Source: Actinomycetota bacterium (GTDB lineage: Bacteria; Actinomycetota; Aquicultoria; UBA3085; Oleimmundimicrobiaceae). Taken from it: a stretch of DNA of 64,000 nt. Position 1 is the first letter of the stretch. Each line of letters starts with the position of its first letter. Location of the stretch: positions 6,445-70,444 of the forward strand of contig JASEGU010000004.1 of NCBI GenBank assembly GCA_030017835.1, given 5' to 3'. The notes under the pieces are model-generated. The model did no database searches. It saw only the letters and a program-made list of their open reading frames with translations, and was not told where the DNA came from. A program made the translations under genes and the position numbers. Of the stretch, positions 27,216 through 42,188 are shown one piece after another.

Positions 27216-28319
27216 ATGTTTATCACTTGTGAGCAGAAAGAGTTATTGGAAGAGATTCAAGTAGTTCAAAAGGCCGCATCCATCCGGAGCACCCTCCCCA
27301 TCTTAAGCGGCATACTTTTTAGCGCTTCGGCCGGCAGGCTACATCTTACCACCACCAACTTGGAATTATCTATACATTCCAGCCTGCCGGCCGAAGTCAA
27401 AGAAGAGGGATCTTTAGTCGTTCAGGCTCGCCTAATTGGAGAGATCATTAAAAACCTTTCTGATTTAAAAATAGAAATGTTTTTAGATTCCTCCACAAAC
27501 CAACTAAAATTAACCAATTCCAAGTCGGTCTTCAATATAAAAATCCTTTCGCCAGAGGACTTTCCAAAGTTTCCCACGGCCGAGTTGGACAATCAGTTCA
27601 CCATCAAGTCGGAAGACCTCTCTAACGCTATAAGACAGGCCATAAAAGCCGCCTCTATTGATGAGACTCGGCCCATCTTGACCGGCGTCCTTATTGTAGT
27701 AAATAAAAATAGGTTAAAGATGGTTGCCACCGACAGCTATCGTTTAGCCATAAAAGAGATCCCAATAATCAACAAAGAAGACGTCAAGATAAAGGCCATC
27801 ATTCCCTCAAGAACGCTCGGGGAGCTTCTTAAGATTGTCTCTGATGGACGGAGCGAAGTAGTGGTGGGAGAGATGGGAAATCAACTCGCCTTTAAGATTA
27901 AAAATACCACCCTGATAACTCGGCTAATAGAGGGGCAGTATCCAAACTATCAACAGATCCTCCCAGAAAAGTATGAGATGAATTTTGTGGTGGATCGAGA
28001 AAATCTTCTTGGCGCCGTAAAGAGGATATCCTTATTTACCCAAAGCAACTCTTTAATAAAAATGGCGGCAAGAGATGGCTCTCTTGAGCTCAGCGCCTCT
28101 GCTGCTGAACTTGGTGAGGCCAAAGAGGCAGTAGATTATAGGGGGACGGGAGACGGATTGACAGTGGCCTTTAATAGTCAATATCTGATCGACGGCCTTA
28201 GTAGTATTCAGGGAGAGGAGGTATCCTTTGATATGATAGACAACATGAAACCGACCTCAATCACAGGAGACAAGAAGGATGACTTCCTCCACCTCTTAAT
28301 GCCGGTTAGAACCGGATGA
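27216..28319 (+). CDS. dnaN: DNA polymerase III beta sliding clamp
   Basis: 367 aa, three-domain clamp, canonical position after dnaA. Confidence 0.9.
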   Translation: MFITCEQKELLEEIQVVQKAASIRSTLPILSGILFSASAGRLHLTTTNLELSIHSSLPAEVKEEGSLVVQARLIGEIIKNLSDLKIEMFLDSSTNQLKLTNSKSVFNIKILSPEDFPKFPTAELDNQFTIKSEDLSNAIRQAIKAASIDETRPILTGVLIVVNKNRLKMVATDSYRLAIKEIPIINKEDVKIKAIIPSRTLGELLKIVSDGRSEVVVGEMGNQLAFKIKNTTLITRLIEGQYPNYQQILPEKYEMNFVVDRENLLGAVKRISLFTQSNSLIKMAARDGSLELSASAAELGEAKEAVDYRGTGDGLTVAFNSQYLIDGLSSIQGEEVSFDMIDNMKPTSITGDKKDDFLHLLMPVRTG

Positions 28320-28355
28320 TAAAATATATTATTATATTAAAAAATAGGAAAAAGA

Positions 28356-29468
28356 TTGCATCTTTTTAGAGCAGAGCTCCTCAGCTTTAGAGGTCACAAA
28401 GAGGCTTCATTCGAGCCCATCCCTGGCATAAATGTGATAATCGGTGATAATGGCTGCGGCAAAAGCAACCCGCTAGAGGGAATCTTCGTCCTTATGAGAG
28501 GGAGGTCCTTTGGGACGAGCCAAGACGATGCTTTGATTCAACTCGGAGAGAGGGCGTCGGTAATTAGGGGGAGGTTTAAGGGAGAGAAGAGAGACTCTAA
28601 AATCGAAATGGGCATAAATGCTGACGCCGGAAAAGAGATTAGACTGAACGGCTTAAGGCTGGAGAAATTAAAAGATCTTAAGAGTTCTTTTGGAATAGTC
28701 ACCCTCTCTCCTGAGGATCTTAAGCTCGTCAAAGGTGGCCCCGAAGAGAAGAGGGCGCTCATGGATGAGGCTGGGGGGCCCTTGGCCCAAAATATGACCA
28801 TGCGAGGATGAGCCCTTTTAAGGTTTTAAAGCAACGAAACAACCTCTTAAAACAGATCAAATTTGGGAGAGCAGGCCCGCTCAAGCCCTGAGATATGGAA
28901 CGAGAGACCGATCATAACCGGAAAGAGGTTGATGGATGAGAGAAGAGAGACGGTTCAGCCTTTGAGCGAAGTCTGTCAAGATGTCTTCAATGAGATTTAC
29001 GGCCAGAGGCGCAGCCTGAGCCTAATGTGTTCGAACGAAATCTTTAAAAAAGACTCTCCGTCGAGGAGCCTCTCAAAGACCTCTTGGAAAAAGGGGGGGG
29101 CCGATGAGATTGAAAGGGGAACAAGCCTCATCGGCCCCCATAGAGACGACCCAACGATCCTTCTTGGGGGAAAAGAGGGGCCCAGGCCATATGTCTCCCA
29201 GGGCGAACAGAGGGCCATCAGCTTGGCCCTGAGGCTGGCCCACTATGAGCTCTTGTGTAGAGATGAACACGGGATGAACCTGTTTCTAATGGACGACGCC
29301 ATGTCGGAGATGGACGAGAAGAGAAGAGACAACCTCTTAAATTTCATCTCCGGGCTCAAACAGACCACAATCACCAGCACAAATCTCTACTACTTCAAGG
29401 ACGAGCATCTTAAAATGACGAACCTGATTGAAATGGGAGAAGGCGAGAGGAAGAGCAAGGCTTGTTGA
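28356..29468 (+). pseudogene. recF: recF disrupted by two compensating frameshifts (N-terminus and C-terminus in frame 0, middle ~100 nt in another frame)
   Basis: N-terminal Walker A GDNGCGKSN in frame 0. The middle segment …LGPKYDHARMSPFKVLKQRNNLLKQ… is in another frame. The C-terminal signature LFLMDDAMSEMD is back in frame 0. Frame 0 has three in-frame stops over 28809-28850. Shift sites are a G6 run at 28773-28778 and about 28855-28870. Confidence 0.7.
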
Positions 29469-29908
29469 GGGACATCAAGGATGTTTTACGAGACCTAATA
29501 TCCGACCTCAACATGGGCAAGCTGATGGAGGAGGCCAGGATCGTAAGGGGCTGGAGAGATATAGTCGGCGAGCACGTCGCCGAGAATAGCTCCCCAATCT
29601 CGCTTGTGCGCGGCACCCTCTTGATAGGAGCCTACAATTCAGCCTGGTCGAATCAGCTCAGCATGATGAGGACAGGCCTCGTGGAGGAGATAAACAGCCA
29701 CCTTGGCAGAGAGGTCGTAAAAGAGATAAGGTTCAAGCTGATCGAAAAGGCGAAGGAGGAGAGCGATGAGGCCGCCCCCGAAGAACGCACGAGTCTTTTT
29801 GGCGAGGGAGAGAAAAAGAAGATTCTTGGCGATCTCTTGTTAAATGTCGAGGATGCTGAGGTGAGAGAGAGCCTAAAAAGGGCCATTTTCCTAGATGATC
29901 AAAAATGA
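29462..29908 (+). CDS. DUF721 (DciA-like) protein
   Basis: Position between recF and gyrB, as Rv0004/YaaB. …RIVRGWRDIVGEHVAENSSPISLVRGTLLIGAYNSAWSNQL… matches the DUF721 pattern. Confidence 0.65.
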   Translation: MLRDIKDVLRDLISDLNMGKLMEEARIVRGWRDIVGEHVAENSSPISLVRGTLLIGAYNSAWSNQLSMMRTGLVEEINSHLGREVVKEIRFKLIEKAKEESDEAAPEERTSLFGEGEKKKILGDLLLNVEDAEVRESLKRAIFLDDQK

Positions 29909-29912
29909 TTAA

Positions 29913-31850
<1,938 letters not shown>

Positions 31851-31861
31851 GAGAATAATAG

Positions 31862-34327
31862 ATGTCATCACGAGCGCAGCTTTTTGGAAACAAAACAGAA
31901 CCGGTCTACATCGAAGAGGAGATGAAGCGCTCATACATCGATTACGCCATGAGCGTGATCGCCGGGCGTGCCCTGCCCGATGTGAGAGACGGCCTTAAGC
32001 CGGTCCACCGCCGCATCCTCTACGGCATGTACGATCTTGGCATGGTTCCGGGCAAGCCCTATATGAAGTGCGCCCGCATCGTAGGAGAGGTTTTGGGAAA
32101 GTATCACCCCCACGGCGACAGCGCCGTCTATGACGCTCTGGTTAGGATGGCCCAAGACTTCTCCTTGAGATATCAGCTCATCGATGGCCACGGAAACTTC
32201 GGCTCGGTCGACGGCGACAGCCCGGCCGCCATGCGCTATACCGAGGCTCGCCTCTCCAAGCCGGCCATGGAAATGCTGAAAGACATCAACAAAGAGACGG
32301 TCGATTTCGCCCCCAACTTCGATGAGACCCTGAGCGAACCGACGGTTCTGCCCTCGAGGCTTCCCAACCTCCTTATCAACGGCTCCTCGGGGATAGCCGT
32401 CGGCATGGCGACCAACATTCCGCCTCACAACATGGCCGAGGTCATCGATGCCGTCGTCATGCTGATCGATAAACCAGAGGCCGGCATAGAGGATCTGATG
32501 ACTCAGATTAAGGGACCAGACTTTCCTACCGGGGGACTCATCGTCGGCACGGCCGGCACAAAAGAGGCCTATCGGACCGGGCGCGGCAACGTGATTATGA
32601 AATCCAAAACCCACATCGAAGAGACGAAATCGGGAAAGCACAGGATCATCGTGACCGAGATCCCGTTTCAGGTCAACAAGGCGCGTCTGACCGAGAAGAT
32701 TGCCGAGCTCGCCAGGGAGAAAAAGATAACCGAGATAAGCGACCTGCGCGACGAGTCCGACAGGAGCGGCATGCGTCTGGTCATCGAGCTGAAGAGGGAG
32801 GCCGTTCCCAAGGTCGCCTTAAACAAGCTATTCAAATATACCCAACTCAAAACGACCTTCAATATCATAACGCTGGCCCTGGTCGACACGGCTCCCAAGG
32901 TCCTCAACTTGCTCGAGGCCCTGAAGTACTACCTCGACCACCAGAGAGAGATCATCGTTAGAAGGACGAGGTTTGATCTGGCCAAGGCTGAAGCCAGAGC
33001 CCACATTTTGGAAGGGCTTTTGGTTGCCCTGAACAATTTGGACGAAATGATAAAGCTTATCAAGTCGTCAAAGACGGTCGATATCGCCCGCTCAAGCATC
33101 ATGGAGCGCTTCTCTTTGAGCGAGACTCAGGCCCAGGCCATTTTGGATATGCGCCTACAGAAGCTGACCGGCCTTGAGCGCGAGAAGATAGAGACCGAAC
33201 ACAAAGAACTCCTTGAGGCGATCGCCGAGCTCAAAGCCATCTTGGCCGACGAGAAGAGAGTCTACGCCATCATCAAGAGGGAAATCCTTGAGATCAAGAC
33301 GAACTATCTCGACGAGAGGCGCACCAAGATAGTTCCGGCCGAGGATGACTTGGAGGAGGAGGACCTCATTGCCGAAGAGCAGATGATCGTCTCGATAACC
33401 AATTCGGGCTACGTCAAGCGCTTGCCCGTCGAGACCTACCGCCAGCAGCAACGGGGCGGCCGCGGGGTCATCGGCATGAATCTCAAGGACGGGGACGTGG
33501 TCGAGCACATGTTCGTCTCCTCAACCCACGATTACGTCCTCTTCTTCTCCAACGAGGGCAAGGTCTACCGGGTCAAGGTTCACGAGCTCCCCTTGGGCAG
33601 CCGCACATCCAAGGGGCAGGCCATCGTCAACATCCTTCCCTTTGGGCCGGGCGAAAAGATAGCGGCCGTCATCGCGGCCAAGGGTTTTGAGCAGAGCAAA
33701 TATATCATAATGGCGACCAAGCTCGGTCTGGTCAAAAAGACCGAGCTCAAAGAGTACGACACCGCAAGGCGTGGCGGGATAATTGGTTTGAACCTGAAAG
33801 AAAATGACGAGTTAATAGGGGTCAAGCTGGTAGATAAGGATGACAGAATAATCCTCGTCTCCGAGCTGGGTCAATCGATTTGTTTCGACGAGAGCGACGT
33901 TCGTCCGATGGGCCGGGCCGCCTCGGGGGTCAAGGGGATCACCCTAAATCTGGCCGACGTGGTCCTTGCGATGGACGTCGTAAGAAACCTCGGCGAGCTC
34001 TTCGTCGTCACCAATAACGGTTATGGCAAGCGGACACCGATCACCAAATACCCGGCCCAGGCTCGGGGCGGAAAGGGCGTTCGCACGATCAAAAAGTTTG
34101 AGAGCGGGGAAAGGCTGGCCGGGGCCAAGGTGGTAAGCGATGAGCACGAGATCATGCTCATCTCGGCCGAAGGCTTGGTGATCAGGACGGCGGCCAAAGG
34201 GATAAGCCGGATGGGCCGGAGCACCCGCGGGGTTAGGGTCATCAACCTTAAAGAGAACGATGTGGTGAGCACGGTCGCCAAAGTGGCCAGCGCCAGGGCC
34301 TCAGAGGAAAACGGGGATGGAGTCTGA
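31862..34327 (+). CDS. gyrA: DNA gyrase subunit A
   Basis: Active-site Tyr region, QRDR-like [14 protein letters not shown], and C-terminal beta-pinwheel repeats. Confidence 0.95.
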   Translation: MSSRAQLFGNKTEPVYIEEEMKRSYIDYAMSVIAGRALPDVRDGLKPVHRRILYGMYDLGMVPGKPYMKCARIVGEVLGKYHPHGDSAVYDALVRMAQDFSLRYQLIDGHGNFGSVDGDSPAAMRYTEARLSKPAMEMLKDINKETVDFAPNFDETLSEPTVLPSRLPNLLINGSSGIAVGMATNIPPHNMAEVIDAVVMLIDKPEAGIEDLMTQIKGPDFPTGGLIVGTAGTKEAYRTGRGNVIMKSKTHIEETKSGKHRIIVTEIPFQVNKARLTEKIAELAREKKITEISDLRDESDRSGMRLVIELKREAVPKVALNKLFKYTQLKTTFNIITLALVDTAPKVLNLLEALKYYLDHQREIIVRRTRFDLAKAEARAHILEGLLVALNNLDEMIKLIKSSKTVDIARSSIMERFSLSETQAQAILDMRLQKLTGLEREKIETEHKELLEAIAELKAILADEKRVYAIIKREILEIKTNYLDERRTKIVPAEDDLEEEDLIAEEQMIVSITNSGYVKRLPVETYRQQQRGGRGVIGMNLKDGDVVEHMFVSSTHDYVLFFSNEGKVYRVKVHELPLGSRTSKGQAIVNILPFGPGEKIAAVIAAKGFEQSKYIIMATKLGLVKKTELKEYDTARRGGIIGLNLKENDELIGVKLVDKDDRIILVSELGQSICFDESDVRPMGRAASGVKGITLNLADVVLAMDVVRNLGELFVVTNNGYGKRTPITKYPAQARGGKGVRTIKKFESGERLAGAKVVSDEHEIMLISAEGLVIRTAAKGISRMGRSTRGVRVINLKENDVVSTVAKVASARASEENGDGV

Positions 34328-34760
34328 AAAAAAGGAGAGCCGCCCCAGGCCCTTTGAGGTTATAGAACATACGGCTGATGTCGGGATAATCGGCTACGGC
34401 GGGGACCTAAAAGAGGTTTTTGAAAACACCGCCATCGGCATGTTCAGTCTAATTACAGAACTTAACGCCGTTTCAAAAGATCTTGAGATTCAAGTGGAGG
34501 TCGAAGCGGAAGATGTTGAGGGACTGATGGTGGCCTGGCTTAACGAATTGATCTATCTCTTCGAGACCAAGGGGGTTCTATTTAAAGAGTTCGACATCCT
34601 GGAGCTCAGCGAAGAGGGGCTAAGGGCCGTGGCCCGCGGCGAGGAGTTAAATCCTATCAAACATGAGATCAAAACGGAGATAAAAGCAGCCACCTATCAT
34701 ATGCTCAAAGTGGAGAGCGAAAAAGAACGCTTAAAGAGCCGAGTCATATTTGACGTTTAG
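34317..34760 (+). CDS. archease (RtcB activator/chaperone)
   Basis: [16 protein letters not shown] … ATYHMLKV … VIFDV is the archease signature and C-terminus. Confidence 0.85.
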   Translation: MESEKKESRPRPFEVIEHTADVGIIGYGGDLKEVFENTAIGMFSLITELNAVSKDLEIQVEVEAEDVEGLMVAWLNELIYLFETKGVLFKEFDILELSEEGLRAVARGEELNPIKHEIKTEIKAATYHMLKVESEKERLKSRVIFDV

Positions 34761-34850
34761 CCCAGTAAAAAAAGGGAGGCGGTTGCAATCAAGGGCATCG
34801 AAAAGATCGGCGAGTATTGCTACAGAATCCCCAAAGAGACCCGAAGCGAC

Positions 34851-36230
34851 ATGTTGGTCGACGGGATAATATTCTCCGACGAAAGCCTTTTTGCAACGGA
34901 CGAATCGTCTAAGGCGCTGGAGCAGGTGGCTAACGTCGCCACCCTTCCCGGAATAGTCAAAGCTTCCTTTGCTATGCCCGATATCCATTGGGGATATGGC
35001 TTTCCCATTGGCGGGGTGGCCGCTGTGCGAGAAGAGGACGGCTTCATTTCGCCAGGCGGGGTTGGCTTCGACATCAGCTGCGGGGTCAGGCTCCTGAAGA
35101 CGTCCATGATTGCAAGCGAGATAGAGCCCGATCTAAAATCCCTTATGCACGAGCTCTCCCGAAACATCCCCAAAGGGCTTGGGCGCAAAGGAAAGATCTC
35201 GCTTAACCAGAGCGAGCTCGAAGAGGTGCTGGACAAGGGGATCGAATGGGCTCGAAAGCGGGGATTTGCCAGTAAAGACGAGACGAATCGCATCGAGGAG
35301 AGCGGGCGGCTGGCCGGTGCAGATCCTGGCGCGGTCAGCAAGAGGGCCTTCGATCGAGGCGCTAGTCAGTTAGGCACGCTCGGCTCGGGCAACCACTTTT
35401 TAGAGGTGCAGGAGGTGACCGAGATTTTTGATTCGGCCAGCGCCAAGGCTTTTGGAATATTTAAAGGTCAGCTTATGGTCATGATCCACTCCGGCTCAAG
35501 GGGCCTTGGTCATCAGGTCTGCACCGACTACGTCAAGGTGATGGACGGGGTGGTCAAAAGAATGGGCCTTACCCTGCCAGACCGCCAGCTCGCCTCCGCC
35601 CCCATCGCTTCACCTGAGGGACGCAATTACTATGGAGCAATGGCGGCTGCGGCCAATTATGCCATGGTCAACAGGGGGCTTCTGGCCTTCTGGGCCAAAG
35701 AGTCCTTCGAGAGCACCTTCTCGGCGACCGCCAAAGAGATGGGCATCGAGCTTCTCTACGACGTCTCTCACAATTTGGCCAAATTCGAAGAGCATGTGGT
35801 GGACGGCAAGCAGATGAAGCTATGTGTTCACCGAAAGGGGGCCACCAGGGCCTTTGGGCCCAGCCTCTTGCCCAAAGATTCTCCCTATAAAGAGATCGGT
35901 CAGCCGGTCATGATCCCTGGGGACATGGGGCGAGCCTCCTACGTATTGCTTGGGACGGAGGAGTCAGAAGAGAGGGCCTTCAGTTCGACCTGTCACGGGG
36001 CGGGGCGCGTCATGAGCCGCACCCAGGCCAAGAAGAGCATCGGGCTGGACCAGTTGAGAAAGGACCTCGAAGAGAGGGGAGTCATCGTCTTGGCCGGGCA
36101 GAAATCAACCCTGGCCGAAGAGGCTCCGGGCGCCTATAAAGACGTCGATAGGGTGACTCTGGTTTGTGAAGGTGCCGGCCTCTCTAGGCGAGTGGCCAAG
36201 CTGCGGCCACTTGGCGTGATAAAGGGCTAG
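34851..36230 (+). CDS. rtcB: RNA-splicing ligase RtcB (3'-phosphate/5'-OH RNA ligase)
   Basis: …LPGIVKASFAMPDIHWGYGFPIGGVAAV… plus the conserved His/Cys metal ligands. The first canonical start (ATG 34851) removes about 21 RtcB-homologous residues that are encoded in-frame from 34788. See findings. Confidence 0.8.
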   Translation: MLVDGIIFSDESLFATDESSKALEQVANVATLPGIVKASFAMPDIHWGYGFPIGGVAAVREEDGFISPGGVGFDISCGVRLLKTSMIASEIEPDLKSLMHELSRNIPKGLGRKGKISLNQSELEEVLDKGIEWARKRGFASKDETNRIEESGRLAGADPGAVSKRAFDRGASQLGTLGSGNHFLEVQEVTEIFDSASAKAFGIFKGQLMVMIHSGSRGLGHQVCTDYVKVMDGVVKRMGLTLPDRQLASAPIASPEGRNYYGAMAAAANYAMVNRGLLAFWAKESFESTFSATAKEMGIELLYDVSHNLAKFEEHVVDGKQMKLCVHRKGATRAFGPSLLPKDSPYKEIGQPVMIPGDMGRASYVLLGTEESEERAFSSTCHGAGRVMSRTQAKKSIGLDQLRKDLEERGVIVLAGQKSTLAEEAPGAYKDVDRVTLVCEGAGLSRRVAKLRPLGVIKG

Positions 36231-36332
36231 GGAGCTTGGCCGCTCGGGATAGAAAAAATTAAACAGAACGCTAAGAAGTGTTTGATATATTTTAGTTTGC
36301 TGGTTAAAATAATGAGGCTAGATTTTGAGAGC

Positions 36333-36409
<77 letters not shown>

Positions 36410-36510
36410 TTTGAGAGAAGAGGCTATAACGCAAAAGGCGCGCAGAGCATATTTGGCGCCTTTGTTAATGGAGTCTCTTTGGGCCTTCTCTTAAGGCCGA
36501 TTGGCGAGTT

Positions 36511-38588
<2,078 letters not shown>

Positions 38589-38668
38589 CCTTCAAGAATA
38601 ACTTATTCTATCAGATAGAAAAAAAATCCAAAAGGAGAAATGAGGTCCTTTTTAATGGGGCGTAGCCG

Positions 38669-40069
38669 TCATTCGCTCTCTTTAAGGGCCTCTTTTAGCA
38701 CGAGCTTTGCCAAGGGAGCCGAAACCCTGCCACCTTGGCCCCCATTCTCTACCAAAACGGCGACCGCAACCCTTGGGCGGTCGGCTGGGGCAAAGCCCAC
38801 GAACCAGCCGTGAGGCTCGCCCTTGGCGAGCTCGGCCGTTCCCGTCTTTCCGGCCACCAGGACTCCGCCCACTCTGGCGGCCGCGGCCGTTCCGCTCTTA
38901 ACTACCTCGACCATCATCTCGGAGACGGCCGCGGCCGCCATAGGCCCTATTGGCCGGCCAAGTTCTTTTGGCTCGGCCTTAAAGATCGATTCCCCGCTCG
39001 GCCTCAATATCTCCTTGACGAGAAAGGGCTTCATCATGCGGCCGTCGTTCGCGATCGCTGAGGCGCAGAGGGCCATCTGAAGCGGGCTGACAAGCAGCTC
39101 TGCCTGGCCGACGGCGCTCCAAGCCAGCTCGACCTCGTCCATCTCGGCTGCCTTTGGAATTCGACTCTCCTTGACGGCCAGCTCGAAATCGATCTTCTCA
39201 TTGAAGCCGAACCGCTCCGCGTAGTCGACTAAGCCCTTGGCTCCCAAGTCGAGACCGACCTGAGCAAAGACGGTGTTGGCAGAGAGGGCAAAGGCGCTTT
39301 TTAGGGAGAGCGTGGAGTAGTCCTTCTTATCATAATTTGAAACGATGTTTCCCCCAACCTTAAGTTCGCCGGGGGCCGGATAGACTGAGCCCAAGGTGGC
39401 CTTGCCGGAATCCAGAACCGCCGCCGTGCTCAGCATCTTAAAGGAAGAGCCGGGAGGGTAGAGACCCTGGGTGGCTCGATTTAGAAGAGGTGAAGAGGGG
39501 TCATCTATCAAGGTAGACCAGCTATCGTCAAGCAGCATCGGATCGAAGGTCGGGCTGGTGGCCATGGCCAGGATCTCGCCCGTCCTTGGGTCTATGGCAA
39601 GAATCGCTCCCACCTTGCCCTCTAGAGCCGCCTCTGCGACCTTCTGGACGGGAAGCCGGATCGAGAGGACGACATCGTTTCCGGGCGGGTCGTTTCCGGC
39701 CAGCCGATCGAAGAATTCTTGGGCCGTATCATCGCCCGATCTTGCCAGCAGATAGTCGTTAAAGGCGAGCTCGATGCCGGAGCGGCCATACTTGATGCTG
39801 TTGAAGCCGATGACGCTGGAGGCCGTCTCGCCAAGAGGATATAGCCTCTTGAAAGACCCGTTAGAGGCGACACTCTCGGCAAAGACGGCCCCGTCGGCCG
39901 AGAGTATCCGGCCCCGCTCGACCTGAGCCTCTTCGGCTAGAGCCCGCCGGTTGGCGGGACTGGACAATATTCTTTTGGCTGCAAAGGCCTGAAGATATGA
40001 GAGATTCAAGATTATAAGGATGAAGGAGAGGGAGAAAAAGAGCCCCATCAGCCTAAGTCGCCTATTCAT
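38669..40069 (-). CDS. pbpA: penicillin-binding protein 2 (class B transpeptidase, PbpA-like)
   Basis: SxxK (STFK-like GSSFK), SxN and KTG(T) motifs. Position between rodA and pknB. Confidence 0.85.
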   Translation of the reverse strand: MNRRLRLMGLFFSLSFILIILNLSYLQAFAAKRILSSPANRRALAEEAQVERGRILSADGAVFAESVASNGSFKRLYPLGETASSVIGFNSIKYGRSGIELAFNDYLLARSGDDTAQEFFDRLAGNDPPGNDVVLSIRLPVQKVAEAALEGKVGAILAIDPRTGEILAMATSPTFDPMLLDDSWSTLIDDPSSPLLNRATQGLYPPGSSFKMLSTAAVLDSGKATLGSVYPAPGELKVGGNIVSNYDKKDYSTLSLKSAFALSANTVFAQVGLDLGAKGLVDYAERFGFNEKIDFELAVKESRIPKAAEMDEVELAWSAVGQAELLVSPLQMALCASAIANDGRMMKPFLVKEILRPSGESIFKAEPKELGRPIGPMAAAAVSEMMVEVVKSGTAAAARVGGVLVAGKTGTAELAKGEPHGWFVGFAPADRPRVAVAVLVENGGQGGRVSAPLAKLVLKEALKESE

Positions 40070-41337
40070 TCGCTCAAGGCCTCCTTGGGAGCCGAGATCA
40101 CGAGCAACAGGCCGAGCAAGATGAAGTTGGAGAGGATGGAGCTTCCTCCATAGCTCATGAAGGGCAGGGTTATGCCGGTGAGCGGTATCAGCTTGGTGGT
40201 GCCGGCCATGATTATACAGGCCTGAAGCGAAAAGATGGTTATTAGCCCAAAGGCGAGATATTTTCCGAAATCATCCCGGGCTCTTAGGCTGATCTTAAAG
40301 CCCCGATATGCCATGAGCATATAGGTCAGAACGACGGCCACTCCACCAAGAAGCCCAAGCTCTTCGGCCAGAGCCGAAAAGATAAAATCGGTATGTACGG
40401 CCGGAATTAGGGAGGGATAGCCGTTTCCAAGCCCGGATCCGAAGACGCTCCCGCTCGATACGGCAAAGAGGGACTGGACGATCTGATAGCCCTTGCCATC
40501 CGGATCGGTCCAGGGATTGAGCCAGATGTCGACCCGGGTCTGGATGTGAGTGAATATGAAATAACAGAATATGGCCCCGGCGGCAAAGAGAAGTGCCCCC
40601 GTGATGATGTAGGCGGGTCGGCCTGTGGCGACATAGATCATGGCAAGGAAGGTCCCAAAAAAGAGGAGAGAAGATCCGAGATCCTTTTCAAGGATCAGAA
40701 TGACGAGCGAAATCAGCCACATCATGATGAGTGGGCCGAAGTGTTTTATGTCGGGAATCTCCACCCCCTTAACTTTTCTTTTGGCCAGAGAGAGGAGCTC
40801 TCCCCTATCCTTCAGGTAGGCGGCCAGAAATACTATTATGCAGAGCTTGGCGATTTCCGCCGGCTGAAAGGAGAGCGGGCCGAGCCTCAGCCAGAGCTTG
40901 GCACCGTAGATCTCGCGGCCGAAGAAGGCCGGCGAGAGGAGGAGCATTATCGAGATGAGGGCAAAGACGTATTTGTAGTTCTCGAGCTCACGATATGGGA
41001 CTCTCTCGAAGAAGAGCAGAGTCAAAGTCATGGCCAGTATCCCGACGCCCGCCCAGAGGAGTTGGATCCAGACCAGGCCCGGCTTGAGCCGATAGATGGC
41101 GAGCGTCCCGAGCGATGTCAAGGCGAGGGCGAGCGGGAGCATAAAATAATCCGCCCTGGGAGCGAAGAAACGGCAAGCCATATGGGAGGCGACGGCCAAA
41201 AGGAGAAAGATCGAAGTGAAGAGGAGAGAGCCGGGCGAGATAAAACCATGGGTGGCCAGGTCCAAAGAGATGGTTCCCACGAAGGTGAAGGCCACCACCA
41301 AGATTAACAGGCGAGCCTCTACGTTTCTCGCCCTCAC
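40066..41337 (-). CDS. rodA: SEDS family peptidoglycan glycosyltransferase (RodA/FtsW)
   Basis: 10-TM FtsW/RodA/SpoVE family. C-terminal motif …MSYGGSSILSNF…. Confidence 0.85.
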   Translation of the reverse strand: MRARNVEARLLILVVAFTFVGTISLDLATHGFISPGSLLFTSIFLLLAVASHMACRFFAPRADYFMLPLALALTSLGTLAIYRLKPGLVWIQLLWAGVGILAMTLTLLFFERVPYRELENYKYVFALISIMLLLSPAFFGREIYGAKLWLRLGPLSFQPAEIAKLCIIVFLAAYLKDRGELLSLAKRKVKGVEIPDIKHFGPLIMMWLISLVILILEKDLGSSLLFFGTFLAMIYVATGRPAYIITGALLFAAGAIFCYFIFTHIQTRVDIWLNPWTDPDGKGYQIVQSLFAVSSGSVFGSGLGNGYPSLIPAVHTDFIFSALAEELGLLGGVAVVLTYMLMAYRGFKISLRARDDFGKYLAFGLITIFSLQACIIMAGTTKLIPLTGITLPFMSYGGSSILSNFILLGLLLVISAPKEALSE

Positions 41338-42182
41338 GACAAGGCCTCTTTGAGGCTGGATAGCGAGGCCAAAATAAGCGTTATGACCAGAAAGAAGGCA
41401 ACGAAGCAGCCGGGGTTCATTTGGGGCAGCGGCACAGAATTCTTCTTGGTCGTCAAGGTATCAAAGGTGAGCCCCTCTTCTTCGAGGTATTCGACCAAGA
41501 CCACGGTGACGTTATCCCTGCCGCCTTGGCGGTTAGCCGCAGAGACGAGCTCCTCGCAGACGGCCTGGGGCTCCTCTTTCTTGCCCACTATCTCAAGGAT
41601 CTCGGCGTCGCTCAACATCGAGTTCAAGCCGTCGCTTGCCAAAAGGAGGCGGTCGCCGTCTTTCAGCTTTAGGGTGAACACGTCCGGATCGGCCATTGCG
41701 CTTGCCCCGAGCGATCTGGTTATGACGCTTCTTAAGGGGTGGAGGTGGGCCTCTCTGCTCGTCAGCTTGCCCTCGGCTACCATCTGGGCTACCAGCGAGT
41801 GGTCCTGGGTCAACTGGACCAGCTCTCCGCCGCGCGCAAGATAGGCCCGGCTATCACCAATGTGCCCGATATGAGCCGCCCTGTTGCTTATGAGAAGGAC
41901 GGTCAAGGTCGTTCCCATCCCCTTGAGCTCGGGGCTAACGATGCTCCTTTGATAGATGCCCCGATTGGCCCTCCTCATCGTCGAGAGGAGGTTCTTTTTT
42001 GGATCGCCCTCCATCTTTAAGCTCTTTGCTATCGAGATGAGGGCCAACTTGCTCGCTATCTCGCCACCCTTGTGGCCGCCCATGCCATCGGCCACGGCAA
42101 ACAAGTTGCCGCCCGCGATATAGGCGTCTTCGTTGACCTCTCTAACCATTCCGATATCGGACTTAGCCCCGAAACTTATCAC
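41334..42182 (-). CDS. pstP: PP2C-family Ser/Thr phosphatase with C-terminal TM segment (PstP/PrpC-like)
   Basis: AVADGMGGHKGGEIAS and DGLNSMLSD are the PPM motifs. Confidence 0.85.
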   Translation of the reverse strand: MISFGAKSDIGMVREVNEDAYIAGGNLFAVADGMGGHKGGEIASKLALISIAKSLKMEGDPKKNLLSTMRRANRGIYQRSIVSPELKGMGTTLTVLLISNRAAHIGHIGDSRAYLARGGELVQLTQDHSLVAQMVAEGKLTSREAHLHPLRSVITRSLGASAMADPDVFTLKLKDGDRLLLASDGLNSMLSDAEILEIVGKKEEPQAVCEELVSAANRQGGRDNVTVVLVEYLEEEGLTFDTLTTKKNSVPLPQMNPGCFVAFFLVITLILASLSSLKEALS

Positions 42183-42188
42183 CCGTCA

